This document shows, piece by piece, positions 10,520 to 20,668 of a stretch of 64,000 nucleotides of DNA (positions are counted from its first letter, which is position 1; every line of letters begins with the position of its first letter). A program made the translations under genes and the position numbers. The stretch lies in contig CAWGIE010000011.1 of NCBI GenBank assembly GCA_963822585.1, positions 96,001 through 160,000 of the forward strand, in the 5' to 3' direction. The DNA is from an uncultured bacterium. GTDB lineage: Bacteria > Auribacterota > Erginobacteria > Erginobacterales > Erginobacteraceae. Below the pieces are notes generated by a model. It made no database searches and was not told the origin of the DNA. It saw only the letters and a list, made by a program, of their open reading frames with translations.

Positions 10520-11038
10520 TTATTTACAGGCGGAAAAAGCAGTCCGGAGGACCCGGCAGGTTTCCTCCAGGGACTGGGGAACGACACCGGTATCGGCGAT
10601 GACGGGCATAAAATTGGTGTCCCCTTGCCAGCGGGGAACGATATGGATATGCAGATGATCAATCACGCCGGCGCCGGCCGCTTTTCCCAGGTTAAGTCCG
10701 ATGTTGAATCCCTCCGGTGCCAGCGAGCTTTTCAATGCCTTGATGGCCACCCGAACCAAAGCCATCAGATCGGCGACCTCCTCCGGCGGCAGGTTATCCA
10801 ACTCCGCCGTATGCCGGTAGGGAGCGATCATCAGGTGGCCGCTATTATAGGGGAAGACATTGAGAAGGGCAAAACTGTATTCGCCGCGCGCGATAATAAA
10901 ATTCGCGGCATCATCGCCGGGGGAAGATTTCCCGCAGAAGAGACATCCCTCGTCCTTCTTTTCCAGGATATATTTAATCCGCCAGGGCGCCCACAATAAA
11001 TTTTTTCGGCCCTTCAATTCTTCGTCGTCTTGCTTCAT
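10520..11038 (-). CDS. HIT family hydrolase
   Basis: LWAPWR, CLFC, FPYNSGH, HLHIHIVPRW histidine triad. Confidence 0.92.
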   Translation of the reverse strand: MKQDDEELKGRKNLLWAPWRIKYILEKKDEGCLFCGKSSPGDDAANFIIARGEYSFALLNVFPYNSGHLMIAPYRHTAELDNLPPEEVADLMALVRVAIKALKSSLAPEGFNIGLNLGKAAGAGVIDHLHIHIVPRWQGDTNFMPVIADTGVVPQSLEETCRVLRTAFSACK

Positions 11039-11079
11039 GGCACATTCGGCATCCTTTCATTTACCGGAGGAAAATGAAA

Positions 11080-11150
11080 AGCGGGTGAAGGGAATCGAAC
11101 CCTCGTGGCCAGCTTGGGAAGCTGGAGCTCTGCCATTGAGCTACACCCGC
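11080..11150 (-). tRNA. tRNA-Gly(CCC)
   Basis: Reverse complement GCGGGTGTAGCTCAATGGCAGAGCTCCAGC-TT-CCC-AA-GCTGG...GGTTCGATTCCCTTCACCCGCT; CCA not encoded. Confidence 0.95.
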
Positions 11151-11221
11151 ATATTATTTTTCACGCGGGCCGCGTGAAAAATAATATTCACTACTTCTTT
11201 CTGAGCCGCTCTTTGAGCGGC

Positions 11222-12124
11222 TCAGAAAGAAGTAAGAGCCTGGAATTCCCGATACCGGCTCTTTATATCATCCCACCCCAGATTTTTCAAGCGTTCCAGG
11301 CTGAAATCCTCCACATCAAATGAAGCCATGACACTCCCATAGATAACGGCCTGCCGCAGGGCCGACGGAGTCAGCTCTCCCGTCTTTGCCAGGTAACCCA
11401 TGAAACCACCGGCAAACGTATCGCCGGCGCCGGTAGGGTCTATCACCGTTTCCAGAGGGAGCCCGGGGGCGGAGAAAACCTCTTCGCGGGAGAAGAGCAG
11501 CGCTCCGTGTTCTCCTTTCTTGATCACCACCCAGCGGGGGCCGAGTTCCAGAATCTTTCCGGCCGCGCGTCGCAAACTGACCTCGCCGGTGAACTGGCGG
11601 GCCTCGGCGTCATTGATAATCAAAATATCGAGTTTCCCGATCACCGCCGTGACCGTTTCTTTCTTTAACTCAATCCAGAGGTTCATGGTATCGCCGACCA
11701 CCAGCCGGGGATCGACCACCTGCCGCAGGACCTCCAGCTGAAGATCGGGGTCGATATTGGCCAGCAGGAGATACTCGCTGGAGCGGTAGGACGGGGGCAG
11801 CTCGGGATGAAACTCCTCAAAAACATTCAGATCGGTGAACTCGGTCTCCGCCTCATTCATATCGTACCGGTAGGACCCTCCCCAGTGAAAAGTTTTCCCC
11901 TCGCGCACCTGGAGCCCTTCCAGGTTGATGCCTTTCCTCTCCAGCAGCTCCCGGTATTGCGGGGGAAAGTCAACACCGACCACCGCCACCAGATTTACCG
12001 GGGAAAAAAAACTGCAGGAATAAGAGAAATAGGTAGCGGAACCGCCCAGTATTTTCTCCTTGCGCCCGAAGGGCGTCGTCACCGTATCAAATGCCACCGA
12101 ACCGACTACCAGGACACTCATCAT
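11222..12124 (-). CDS. PfkB family carbohydrate/nucleoside kinase
   Basis: GSVAFD, LGGSAT, DPTGAGDTFAGGF. Confidence 0.9.
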   Translation of the reverse strand: MMSVLVVGSVAFDTVTTPFGRKEKILGGSATYFSYSCSFFSPVNLVAVVGVDFPPQYRELLERKGINLEGLQVREGKTFHWGGSYRYDMNEAETEFTDLNVFEEFHPELPPSYRSSEYLLLANIDPDLQLEVLRQVVDPRLVVGDTMNLWIELKKETVTAVIGKLDILIINDAEARQFTGEVSLRRAAGKILELGPRWVVIKKGEHGALLFSREEVFSAPGLPLETVIDPTGAGDTFAGGFMGYLAKTGELTPSALRQAVIYGSVMASFDVEDFSLERLKNLGWDDIKSRYREFQALTSF

Positions 12125-12264
12125 GATATCTCCTCTACTGAACGACTGCCTGAACCTTGATCCTTCACAGCGGGTTAAAACGTGATCGGTAAACAGTGAT
12201 CAGTAATCGGTGGGCGTGGGTTCTCCTTGCCTGCTTACCGGCACTTGATTACCGATCACATCCC

Positions 12265-13545
12265 TTACTCCTTCAGGTGCTCTTCCAGTATCTTGATCGC
12301 GCAGTACTCGCTGCACATCGAGCAATAATCCTCCTTACCTTCAATCTTTCCCAGATACCGCTCTGCCGTGGAGGGATCAAGAGCGGTTTCGATCTGGCCT
12401 CTCCAATTCCGCTCCCGGCGGTACCGCGACATCCGGTCATCCCAGTCACGGGCGCCGGGGAGACCACGGGCGACATCGGCGGCGTGGGCCGCGATCCGGG
12501 TGGCGATCACACCTTCCCGAACATCCTCTACCGAGGGCAGACCGAGATGTTCCGAAGGGGTCACATAACAGAGGAAATCCGCCCCCAGGTAGGCGGCCAA
12601 AGCTCCGCCGATGGCGCAGGTAATATGGTCATATCCCGGGGCGATATCGGTCACCAGAGGTCCCAGAACATAGAAAGGAGCGCCCCCGCAGAGAGATTTT
12701 TCCAGCCGGACATTTTCGGCGATCTGATTGAGCGGTATGTGTCCCGGCCCTTCGATCATGACCTGGACCTCCGCTTCCCGGCAACGGGCGGCCAGTTCCC
12801 CCAGGAAGACCAGCTCCTGGATCTGAGGACGATCGGTGGCGTCGGCCAGACAGCCCGGGCGGAGACCGTCACCGAGGCTGAGAGTCACCTCATGGCGGCC
12901 CGCGATCTCCAGCAACTCATCGAAACGGGCATAGAAGGGATTTTCTTCCCCGTTGACAACCATCCATTCCAGCAGGAAGGAGCCCCCCCGACTCACCGCG
13001 CCCAGTAGACGGGGAGATTTCTTCAGCGCTTCCAGGGTCCGTTGGTTGACCCCCGCGTGAATGGTCATGTAATCCACCCCCTGCCGAGCCTGCTCCGCGA
13101 CCGCGCCCAGCATGTCATCCCCGGTCATGGCCACGATCCGGCCCTTCCTGGCGGCCGCCTTGATCGCGGCCTCATAGATGGGGACGGTCCCCACCGGGAC
13201 CGGAGAGGCCTCCAGGACCCGTTTCCGGAGCAGCCCGAGATCGCCGCCGGTGGAGAGATCCATCACGGTATCGGCCCCGGCGGCGACCGCCACCCTGATT
13301 TTTTCCAGTTCGCGATCGAAGTCGATCTCCTGACGCGAGGTGCCGACATTCGCGTTAATCTTGACCCGGAGCCCCTTGCCGATCCCGCAGGGCCGCTCGA
13401 CCTTCCGGCCGCTGTTTACCGGGACCACGATCGTTCCTTCGGCCAGGCCCTGGAGAATATCCTCAACCGGGAGGCCCTCGGCGGCGGCGACCGCCGCCAC
13501 GGCCCCGCGCGCGGTGCCTCGCTTCGCATCACTGATCACGCCCAT
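12265..13545 (-). CDS. thiC: Phosphomethylpyrimidine synthase ThiC family, short type (Bza paralogue not excluded)
   Basis: KINANVGTS, MDLSTGG, SRGGS, LGDGLRPG, EGPGH, C-terminal CSMCSEYC. Start placed at ATG 13545, inside the 9-mer array. Confidence 0.85.
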   Translation of the reverse strand: MGVISDAKRGTARGAVAAVAAAEGLPVEDILQGLAEGTIVVPVNSGRKVERPCGIGKGLRVKINANVGTSRQEIDFDRELEKIRVAVAAGADTVMDLSTGGDLGLLRKRVLEASPVPVGTVPIYEAAIKAAARKGRIVAMTGDDMLGAVAEQARQGVDYMTIHAGVNQRTLEALKKSPRLLGAVSRGGSFLLEWMVVNGEENPFYARFDELLEIAGRHEVTLSLGDGLRPGCLADATDRPQIQELVFLGELAARCREAEVQVMIEGPGHIPLNQIAENVRLEKSLCGGAPFYVLGPLVTDIAPGYDHITCAIGGALAAYLGADFLCYVTPSEHLGLPSVEDVREGVIATRIAAHAADVARGLPGARDWDDRMSRYRRERNWRGQIETALDPSTAERYLGKIEGKEDYCSMCSEYCAIKILEEHLKE

Positions 13546-13617
13546 GACATTGTACCGTGTGAACCGTTTGAATCGTTTAAACCGTTTGAGCCGTTCCAAC
13601 GGCTCAAACTGCCGGGA

Positions 13618-14112
13618 CTATATCTCCACCCGTTCCCGGGTCTGACGGGCAATTTTTTCCACCAGATTACTGGTCGATTTCCCGGGGATCTCCGGGACAA
13701 CCACTACCCGGCCCCCGGAGGCCTCGACTTCATTTCCCCCCACGATATCCTCCCGTTTCCAATCGCCGCCCTTGACCAGGACGTCGGGGACGAGCTCCCG
13801 GATCAGGGAGAGCGGGGTCGGCTCATCGAAGATGACGATATAATCGACCACCGAGAGGGCGGCCAATAGTTCCGCCCGCTCACCCTGAGGGACCAGGGGG
13901 CGCCCCGGTCCCTTCAGCTCCCGCACCGAACTGTCGCTGTTCAAGCCGATGACCAGCAGATCCCCTTCCCCTCTGGCTTTTCCGAGATACCGGACATGCC
14001 CGACATGAAGCAGATCGAAGCAGCCGTTGGTAAAGACAATCCGACGTCCTTTCCGTTTGTGCCGGGCGATCAGGGGGACCAACTCCTCGCGAGACAGGAT
14101 CTTCGATTTCAT
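13618..14112 (-). CDS. rfaE2: D-glycero-beta-D-manno-heptose 1-phosphate adenylyltransferase
   Basis: VFTNGCFDLLHVGH, GLNSDSSV, KGGDW, STS. Confidence 0.93.
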   Translation of the reverse strand: MKSKILSREELVPLIARHKRKGRRIVFTNGCFDLLHVGHVRYLGKARGEGDLLVIGLNSDSSVRELKGPGRPLVPQGERAELLAALSVVDYIVIFDEPTPLSLIRELVPDVLVKGGDWKREDIVGGNEVEASGGRVVVVPEIPGKSTSNLVEKIARQTRERVEI

Positions 14113-14684
14113 TCCGCCAGCGCTTCCTCCGTCAGATCACAGATAAGATGATAGATCAGGACATGACTTTCCTGAATCCGGGCGGTATCGGACGCCGGAA
14201 CGATGACGGCCAAATCCACCTCGGGGGCCAGGGCGCCCCCATCGCGGCCTAATAAAGCGCAGGTCCGCAGGCCGGCGGCACGCGCCGACCTGACCGCCGA
14301 CAGGAGATTCGGAGAGTTACCGCTGGTGGAAAGGACCAGCAGCACATCCCCCGGACGCCCGAGGGCTTCGACCTGCCGCCGAAAGACATCAGTGAAGGAA
14401 TAATCATTGGCCAGAGAGGTCAGGATTGACGTGTCCGTGCTGAGCGCGATTGCCGGCAGGGCCCTCCGTTCTTTCTTGAACCTTCCCACCAGTTCCGCGG
14501 CGATATGCTGGGAGTCCGCGGCGCTGCCGCCATTACCGCAGATCAGCACTTTTCCCCCGGATCGGAAGCAAGAGATCATCATCCGGGAGGCTTCTTCAAT
14601 CAGGGATGTTTGCTCTTTCAGTTTTGCAATGACGGCAACAGCTTCCCGAAAAGCCGATAAGATCTTTTCTTCCATGATCACCAT
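14109..14684 (-). CDS. gmhA: Phosphoheptose isomerase
   Basis: CGNGGSAADSQH, STSGNSPN, IQESH. Confidence 0.95.
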   Translation of the reverse strand: MVIMEEKILSAFREAVAVIAKLKEQTSLIEEASRMMISCFRSGGKVLICGNGGSAADSQHIAAELVGRFKKERRALPAIALSTDTSILTSLANDYSFTDVFRRQVEALGRPGDVLLVLSTSGNSPNLLSAVRSARAAGLRTCALLGRDGGALAPEVDLAVIVPASDTARIQESHVLIYHLICDLTEEALAE

Positions 14685-14712
14685 CTCCCGTGCTGAAGTG
14701 AAACTGTCACGA

Positions 14713-16026
14713 TCAAGTTCGCAGATAAGGCCGGTCGCGGATCTCCGCCGGTACGGGGACCCCCCGGAAATAATGTGACGAGTAGTGCGGGATGGCCATC
14801 GGCCCCCCGATCAGAGAAATATATTCGTCGATAAATTCCTGGGTGGGGCCGGTGAGACCGTTAATCAGGGAGAGGGGAACCGTCCGTTCCTTGGCGGCAA
14901 TATTGGCCAGGGCGGTCAGACCGGTGCGCGTCCGGCCGTTTTCCCGTTTGAGAATCACCGATTTCCGGTCCTCCCCGTCCAGAAGGGCTCTGACCGCGGC
15001 ATAACCGACCCGGAAGGCATCGGAAGCGTCCGGCGGAGACATAACGTAGCTCCGTTGAATATGCTGGGGCGCCAGGACCGCGTCCTTGACTTCGCCGAGG
15101 ACGGAGTCAACCTTCAGTTCGGTCTTGATCAAGCGGGCCAGAAAGATGCAGGGGGCGAAGGACCCGGCCCGGCCGTGCTGGATGTTGCCATGAGCGTCGG
15201 TCACCACTTCCTCCGCGTATATCTCGGCCAGGGGCCGTCCGCTTGCCCGGTCCGTCAGATCCTCCTGGACAACCACCACCCCGGACCCCACGCGGGTGAG
15301 CAGATCCGCGAGAGCGTCAAGAAACTCCTTTTTGTCGAAAGTGATTTCCTTGCTTAAGATGATCTGAGGCGGGTAGTCGGGTATCGCTTCCCCCCGGGGA
15401 TCGACCCGGGCAAAGGCGGTTCCCTGGGCCAGCCATCCGGCTTTGCGTCCCATCACCTGGTAGATGACCACCGGGGCAATGCTCAGAGACTTCACCGGCC
15501 GCCCCCCGCGATCGAAGTTACCCCATACCTTGTAGGACGAAAAATCGTTGTTCACATTTTTCAGCGCGATCGCGTTGTAGAGAGCGGCGGAACCGTATCC
15601 CGGGCAATGATGGGTAACCGGGAGATCGTTGTCCACCGTCTTGATGGCGTGGATGGCCCGGATACCGCTCACGGCGGTCAATCCCTCAAGCTGAGCCGCG
15701 CTGTCATTGCCGCCGATATAGATCACGCCGTCAATACCGAAAGATTGGAGGTTGCGGGCAATGATCCGATATTGTTCCTCGGTGGGCTTGATCCGGGTGG
15801 TCCGGAGGCCGGCGCCGGGTCCGTTGAAGGCCAACGCCATGTGATCTATCCCGGAGAGATCCACAATGTTGCCTTCAATATCGGCATTGAGCACCCCTTC
15901 CAGTCCGTTGATCATCCCGTAGACCTCTATCCCCGCCTTCTGGGCGGCCTCGACAACCCCGGAGACTTCCCAGTCGATGACCGGAGTCGGACCGCCTGAT
16001 TCACCGACGATGATGCGTTTAATCAT
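14713..16026 (-). CDS. Phosphofructokinase family, probably PPi-dependent
   Basis: SGGPTPVI, GGNDS (Asp typical of PPi-type), KTVDNDL, VMGRKAGW. Confidence 0.85.
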   Translation of the reverse strand: MIKRIIVGESGGPTPVIDWEVSGVVEAAQKAGIEVYGMINGLEGVLNADIEGNIVDLSGIDHMALAFNGPGAGLRTTRIKPTEEQYRIIARNLQSFGIDGVIYIGGNDSAAQLEGLTAVSGIRAIHAIKTVDNDLPVTHHCPGYGSAALYNAIALKNVNNDFSSYKVWGNFDRGGRPVKSLSIAPVVIYQVMGRKAGWLAQGTAFARVDPRGEAIPDYPPQIILSKEITFDKKEFLDALADLLTRVGSGVVVVQEDLTDRASGRPLAEIYAEEVVTDAHGNIQHGRAGSFAPCIFLARLIKTELKVDSVLGEVKDAVLAPQHIQRSYVMSPPDASDAFRVGYAAVRALLDGEDRKSVILKRENGRTRTGLTALANIAAKERTVPLSLINGLTGPTQEFIDEYISLIGGPMAIPHYSSHYFRGVPVPAEIRDRPYLRT

Positions 16027-16075
16027 AAATCATCCCTCCCTTGATATGGCAGTTGGCAGTGAGCTATCCTGTAAA

Positions 16076-16205
16076 CAGTAATCGGTAATCAGTCATCAGT
16101 AAATAGTTATCAGTAATCGGTGATCAGTAAATGGCAATCCATGGTCTGTAACCCCGATTTCGCAACGGCGAAGCACTGATCACTGATCACTGATTACCGA
16201 TTACT
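16076..16205. repeat. Inverted pair of 7-mer arrays (CAGTAAT-like)
   Basis: cagtaatcggtaatcagtcatcagtaa ... cactgatcactgattaccgattac; similar at 12182..12259, 26456..26544 and 28927..28964. Confidence 0.85.
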
Positions 16206-16211
16206 TTTTCT

Positions 16212-17315
16212 CTATCCTTCTTCCAGACAGCAGCTATCCAGATCCCGGGGACGATCGGTCAGTATCTCGCATCCGCCGGAGGTCAGGAGCAGAGTGTCTT
16301 CGATCCGGACTCCACCCCATCCGGGGACATAGACGCCAGGCTCAATGGTAAACACCATCCCCTCCTCCAGCACATCCCGGGAGCCGGCGCTGAGGACCGG
16401 TCGTTCATGGACCTCGAGCCCGACACCATGACCGAGGCCATGGACAAAAAAAGAACCATATCCTTTTCGGGCTAAAAAGTCACGCGCCACGCCGTCGATA
16501 AAAGATGCCTCGACCCCGGGCTTGATCGCGTCGATCGCCCTTCTCTGGGCCTCCAGGACCGCCCGATACACCGTCCGAAACCGGCGCGGGAACGTTTCCA
16601 GCACAAAGGTTCGGGTCATATCCGCGTTATAAAAATCCCGCCGGGCGCCCAGGTCGACCAGGAGGATATCTGCCGGGCGCAGAGACCGTCCGGAGGGGAC
16701 AGCATGGGGCTGGGCGCTCCGGGGTCCGGACGCCACGATCGGCGGGAAGGCGGCCTCCCCTCCCCGTTTCAGGAGACCGGCGGCCAGACCGGCGGCCAAA
16801 ACGGTCTCAGTCATCTCTTTCCCCGCCGATTTCCCGACCAGATTAAAAAGCCGGCCAGTCAGGCGGCCGGCCCGCCGCAGCAAGTTAATCTCTTCCCGAT
16901 CCTTGATCGTTCTCAAGTTCTCGGCCAGGGGGCCGGATGGGAGTACTTCTCCGCCGCGGAGCTCCTTTTTCAACGACACGAAATCAGCGTAACTCAGGCG
17001 GTGTGCCTCAAACCCCATCCTCCGGAGACGGCGGTCACGGCAGAGGCGCGCGGCGGCGGCCGCCAGAGAGCCGGGGGTCCTCATCCGCGGCTCGATACCC
17101 GGCGCCAACTCTTCCGACGCCTGTTCGCGATAGCGGGGATCGGTTATCAGAAACGCCCGCCGGCCGGTTATCAGGAGCCAGCTGTCACCGCCGGTAAAAC
17201 CGCTCAGGTAATAGATATTCGCTTTCCCGGAGACAAGCAGACAATCAAGGCGACGGCGAAATAAAATCCGGATTTTTTTTAAACGGGACTCGTAATCAAA
17301 ACTCATGAAGCTCAT
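16212..17315 (-). CDS. Xaa-Pro aminopeptidase (M24 family)
   Basis: DLGA..DMTRT, HGLGHGVGLEVHE, TIEPGVY, GVRIED. Confidence 0.92.
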   Translation of the reverse strand: MSFMSFDYESRLKKIRILFRRRLDCLLVSGKANIYYLSGFTGGDSWLLITGRRAFLITDPRYREQASEELAPGIEPRMRTPGSLAAAAARLCRDRRLRRMGFEAHRLSYADFVSLKKELRGGEVLPSGPLAENLRTIKDREEINLLRRAGRLTGRLFNLVGKSAGKEMTETVLAAGLAAGLLKRGGEAAFPPIVASGPRSAQPHAVPSGRSLRPADILLVDLGARRDFYNADMTRTFVLETFPRRFRTVYRAVLEAQRRAIDAIKPGVEASFIDGVARDFLARKGYGSFFVHGLGHGVGLEVHERPVLSAGSRDVLEEGMVFTIEPGVYVPGWGGVRIEDTLLLTSGGCEILTDRPRDLDSCCLEEG

Positions 17316-17408
17316 CCCTTCGGGCCCGGTTTCAGAATTTCCCCCGGGGCCGGTACGCCGGGAGGAGAGACGGAGGGCAGGCAGTCCGTCAACCGGACGA
17401 GAGGCCGT

Positions 17409-17867
17409 TCACGATCTTTTTTGGGCCAGGACAACCGCCGCCCGCAGACCGAGCAGGTAGCTCTCGGGGCCGAAACCGGCGATCTGCCCGGCGGCGGCGG
17501 GAGCGATCAAGGAATACCGGCGAAAATCTTCACGGCGGTAAATATTGGACAGATGGACCTCTATCGCCGGGACATCCACCGCGGCCAGGGCATCCCGGAT
17601 GGCAACGCTGGTATGGGTGTATCCGGCCGGGTTGATCAGGATCGCGTCGGCAGTTCCGGTCGAACCGCCGATCGCATCAATGATTTCCCCTTCATGGTTG
17701 GATTGAATAATCCGCAGCTCGGCCCCGAGCGGTCCGGCCTCGCGCTCAAGTTTCCGGTTGATTTCATCCAGGCTGACCCCGCCGTATATCTCCGGTTCCC
17801 GTGTCCCCAGAAGCTGCAGGTTGGGGCCGTGGATGACCAGTACCCGTATCTTCTTTTCCGTCATCAT
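17409..17867 (-). CDS. aroQ: Type II 3-dehydroquinate dehydratase
   Basis: [29 protein letters not shown]. Confidence 0.96.
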   Translation of the reverse strand: MMTEKKIRVLVIHGPNLQLLGTREPEIYGGVSLDEINRKLEREAGPLGAELRIIQSNHEGEIIDAIGGSTGTADAILINPAGYTHTSVAIRDALAAVDVPAIEVHLSNIYRREDFRRYSLIAPAAAGQIAGFGPESYLLGLRAAVVLAQKRS

Positions 17868-17925
17868 TACCCTATCCCCTCTTCGACGGGTCCGTCCGGA
17901 ACTGACGTCGGCGACCCGCGATCGA

Positions 17926-18147
17926 TCACCGCTCCTCCGACCGGGGGGGCTTTTCCGCCTCCTCGATCAGCATTATCGGAATATCATCCTTGATGGAATA
18001 GATCAAGCCGCAGGGCTCACCGCGCTTGAACTCACGCGTATCCCGATTCTCATCGAGACAGATCAGTTTCTGGTTCTCCTCATCATAACGGAGACTCGAC
18101 TTGCAGGCGGGACAGGCCAATATCTCCAGCAGTTCCTTGTCGATCAT
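17926..18147 (-). CDS. Trm112/YcaR family protein
   Basis: [11 protein letters not shown]...[11 protein letters not shown]. Confidence 0.88.
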   Translation of the reverse strand: MIDKELLEILACPACKSSLRYDEENQKLICLDENRDTREFKRGEPCGLIYSIKDDIPIMLIEEAEKPPRSEER

Positions 18148-18384
18148 ATCTTCCCTCCTTTCAAAACCATCCCTTAAACAGACGAACAGAGCTCAGACCC
18201 CCTACCCTGCCCCCTTTACTACAACAGACGATTGAATGTGATTAAATATGATGCGCATCTGTTGGCCCAGCTTGTCGGACGTTGAGCGTTGAACGTTGAA
18301 CGTTGAACGTTCGACGTTCCATTATACCCTCCTCTCAATCTAACAGATAATCACCTATGATAACAGAGGATTGCGCCCCCTGGC

Positions 18385-19302
18385 CTAAAACCCTGAACCC
18401 TGAATCCTGAACCCTGAATCCTGAACCCTGAATCCTGAACCCTGAGCCCTATGCCCCCTGTTGAGATACTCCCGCACCGCTTCCTGCCAGGGACGCATTC
18501 TTTTCCCGGTGACCTCCTCATATCGGTCCGGAGAAAGGACGGAATACTCCGGTCGGGCGGCGGGACGCGACAGTTCCTCCGATAAAATCGGGACGACGGG
18601 AGTTTCCCGGCCGGCCGCCGCCAGCACAAAGACCGCGTATTCATACCAGGAACAGCTGCCCCGATTGGTGACATGAACGATCCCCCGCACCCCCTTCCCG
18701 ATCAGGTCCCCGAGGGCCGCTGCCAGGTCGGGGGCATAGGTGGGAGACCCCCGCTGGTCGGAGACCACCTTAAGCTGATGAGCCGAGCGGGCCGCAGCAA
18801 GAATGGTATCGGGAAAGTTTTTCCCTCCCTTGCCGAACAACCAGGACGTTCGGACGATCAGGTGCCGCCCTCCGGCGGCCGCCACCTCCTCCTCTCCACC
18901 GCGCTTGCTCAAACCATAGACGCTCAAGGGAGCGGGGAGGTCGTCCTCACGGTATGGCTCATTCTTTCTGCCGTCGAAGACGAAATCCGTGCTGATCTGA
19001 ATCAACCCGATGCCGCGGCGGGAACAGGCCCGGGCCAGATTCCCGGCCCCCCGGGCGTTCACCGCCCAGGCCAGCGGCTGATTTTCTTCGCATCCGTCAA
19101 CGTCGGTGTAGGCCGCGGCATTGATCACCCATCCGGGACAGACAGAGGCAAGGGTCTTCTCAATCCCCTCCGGCCGGGTAATATCACAGGTATCAACGTC
19201 GACGCCGATAACTTCCCCCGGCATCTGGGGACATTCCAGACACGCCCGGCCCAGAAGACCGCGATGCCCGACCACCAGGATGGAAGGCAGATCCTCCGTC
19301 AT
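18385..19302 (-). CDS. rfbD: dTDP-4-dehydrorhamnose reductase
   Basis: NAAAYTDVD, ISTDFVFDG, YGLSK, DQRGSPT; C-terminus extended by a 7-mer repeat. Confidence 0.92.
   Translation of the reverse strand: MTEDLPSILVVGHRGLLGRACLECPQMPGEVIGVDVDTCDITRPEGIEKTLASVCPGWVINAAAYTDVDGCEENQPLAWAVNARGAGNLARACSRRGIGLIQISTDFVFDGRKNEPYREDDLPAPLSVYGLSKRGGEEEVAAAGGRHLIVRTSWLFGKGGKNFPDTILAAARSAHQLKVVSDQRGSPTYAPDLAAALGDLIGKGVRGIVHVTNRGSCSWYEYAVFVLAAAGRETPVVPILSEELSRPAARPEYSVLSPDRYEEVTGKRMRPWQEAVREYLNRGHRAQGSGFRVQDSGFRIQGSGF
18388..18450. repeat. 7-mer tandem array (CCTGAAY) inside the rfbD 3' end
   Basis: ccctgaaccctgaatcctgaaccctgaatcctgaa..., about 8 units. Confidence 0.9.
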
Positions 19303-19504
19303 GAGATAAATCCTTTCGTTCCCATCCGTGGATACAATACTACGCTCTCCTGCCGGGAGGGAGTGGTGGAGTGATGGAGTGATGGAATGATGGAATATCG
19401 CATTATCGAGAAGAGGTCGCTTTGCCGCTCCATTATTCCATCACTCCAGTATTCCATCATTCCTTGTTGATATCCCTTTCGCGCGAAAAATCGAATATAC
19501 CCGG

Positions 19505-20512
19505 TTATCGGTTCCCGTACTGTTCCTTGTAGTACTCCTTGAACTCTCCGCTCTTGATCTTCCCCCACCACCACCGGTTATCCCGGTACCAGTCGATCGT
19601 GGCCTCCAGTTCGCTCTCGAAATCCGCGGCCGGGGACCAGCCCAGCGCTTCAATCTTGGAAGAGTCCAGGGCATACCTCCGGTCATGTCCCTCCCGGTCC
19701 CGGACGCGCTTGATCAGCGTCTCGGGAAGACAAAGATAACCGAGTATACGGGCGGTCAATTCCCGGTTGGCGAGGAGGTTCCCTCCCCCGATATTGTATA
19801 CCTCCCCCTTCTCCCCCCGTGAAATCAGCAGATCGATGGCGGAGCAGTGATCGCCGACAAAGAGCCAGTCGCGGACATTCAGCCCGTCGCCGTATAGGGG
19901 GAGCGGGATATCATCGAGCGCGTTGGTCACGAAAAGCGGGATCACTTTCTCGGGATACTGGTAGGGGCCGAAATTATTGGACGCCCGGGTAACGATTACC
20001 GGGAGACCGTACGTGGCAAAGTAGGAATAGGCCAGGCGGTCGGCGCCGGCCTTGCTGGCGGCATAGGGGTTACGGGGCATCAGGGGGTCCGTCTCCCGGC
20101 TGAACCCCACTTCCACGGACCCGTATACCTCATCAGTCGAGATTTGAATGAAACACCCCACGCCGTGATGACGGGCCGCCTCGAGCAGGACATAGGTCCC
20201 GTAAACGTCCGTTCTGATAAAATCGTCGGGGTTCCCGATCGAGCGGTCGACATGGGTCTCGGCGGCGAAATTGACCACCACATCCAGCCCTTCCCGGAAG
20301 ATATCTTCCACCACCTCCGCGTCAGAGATGTCACCCCGGATAAAGCGGTACCCCGGCTTCCCCTCCATCTTCTTCAGGTTATCAAGATTCCCGGCATAGG
20401 TCAGTTTATCAAGGTTAATAATCGCGTCGGCGGGGTACCGTTCGGCCAGGTAATGAATAAAATTCGAGCCGATGAAACCTGCCCCGCCGGTAACCAGAAT
20501 CTTTCTGTTCAT
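19505..20512 (-). CDS. rfbB: dTDP-glucose 4,6-dehydratase
   Basis: TGGAGFIGSN, DKLTYAGN, STDEVYG, YAASK, GHDRRYA. Confidence 0.96.
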   Translation of the reverse strand: MNRKILVTGGAGFIGSNFIHYLAERYPADAIINLDKLTYAGNLDNLKKMEGKPGYRFIRGDISDAEVVEDIFREGLDVVVNFAAETHVDRSIGNPDDFIRTDVYGTYVLLEAARHHGVGCFIQISTDEVYGSVEVGFSRETDPLMPRNPYAASKAGADRLAYSYFATYGLPVIVTRASNNFGPYQYPEKVIPLFVTNALDDIPLPLYGDGLNVRDWLFVGDHCSAIDLLISRGEKGEVYNIGGGNLLANRELTARILGYLCLPETLIKRVRDREGHDRRYALDSSKIEALGWSPAADFESELEATIDWYRDNRWWWGKIKSGEFKEYYKEQYGNR

Positions 20513-20668
20513 AAGTTAGCGCCTTTGGCGCTAACTTACTGGAAGTGCATTGAAGTTAACGCCGTTGGTTATTTTTTTTAGTCTATTTGAATCACAGTAT
20601 CTATCTACTATTTTTAAAATTCCGCTTCAATCAATTTATCCTATTCCCCATTCTCCATTCCCTATCCC

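Noticed and set aside
13546..13617. TPP riboswitch upstream of thiC, and the MERLKRFKRFKRF N-terminus
   Set aside because: The gap is short and filled by a 9-mer array; no riboswitch motif is seen, and the peptide is likely just repeat translation.
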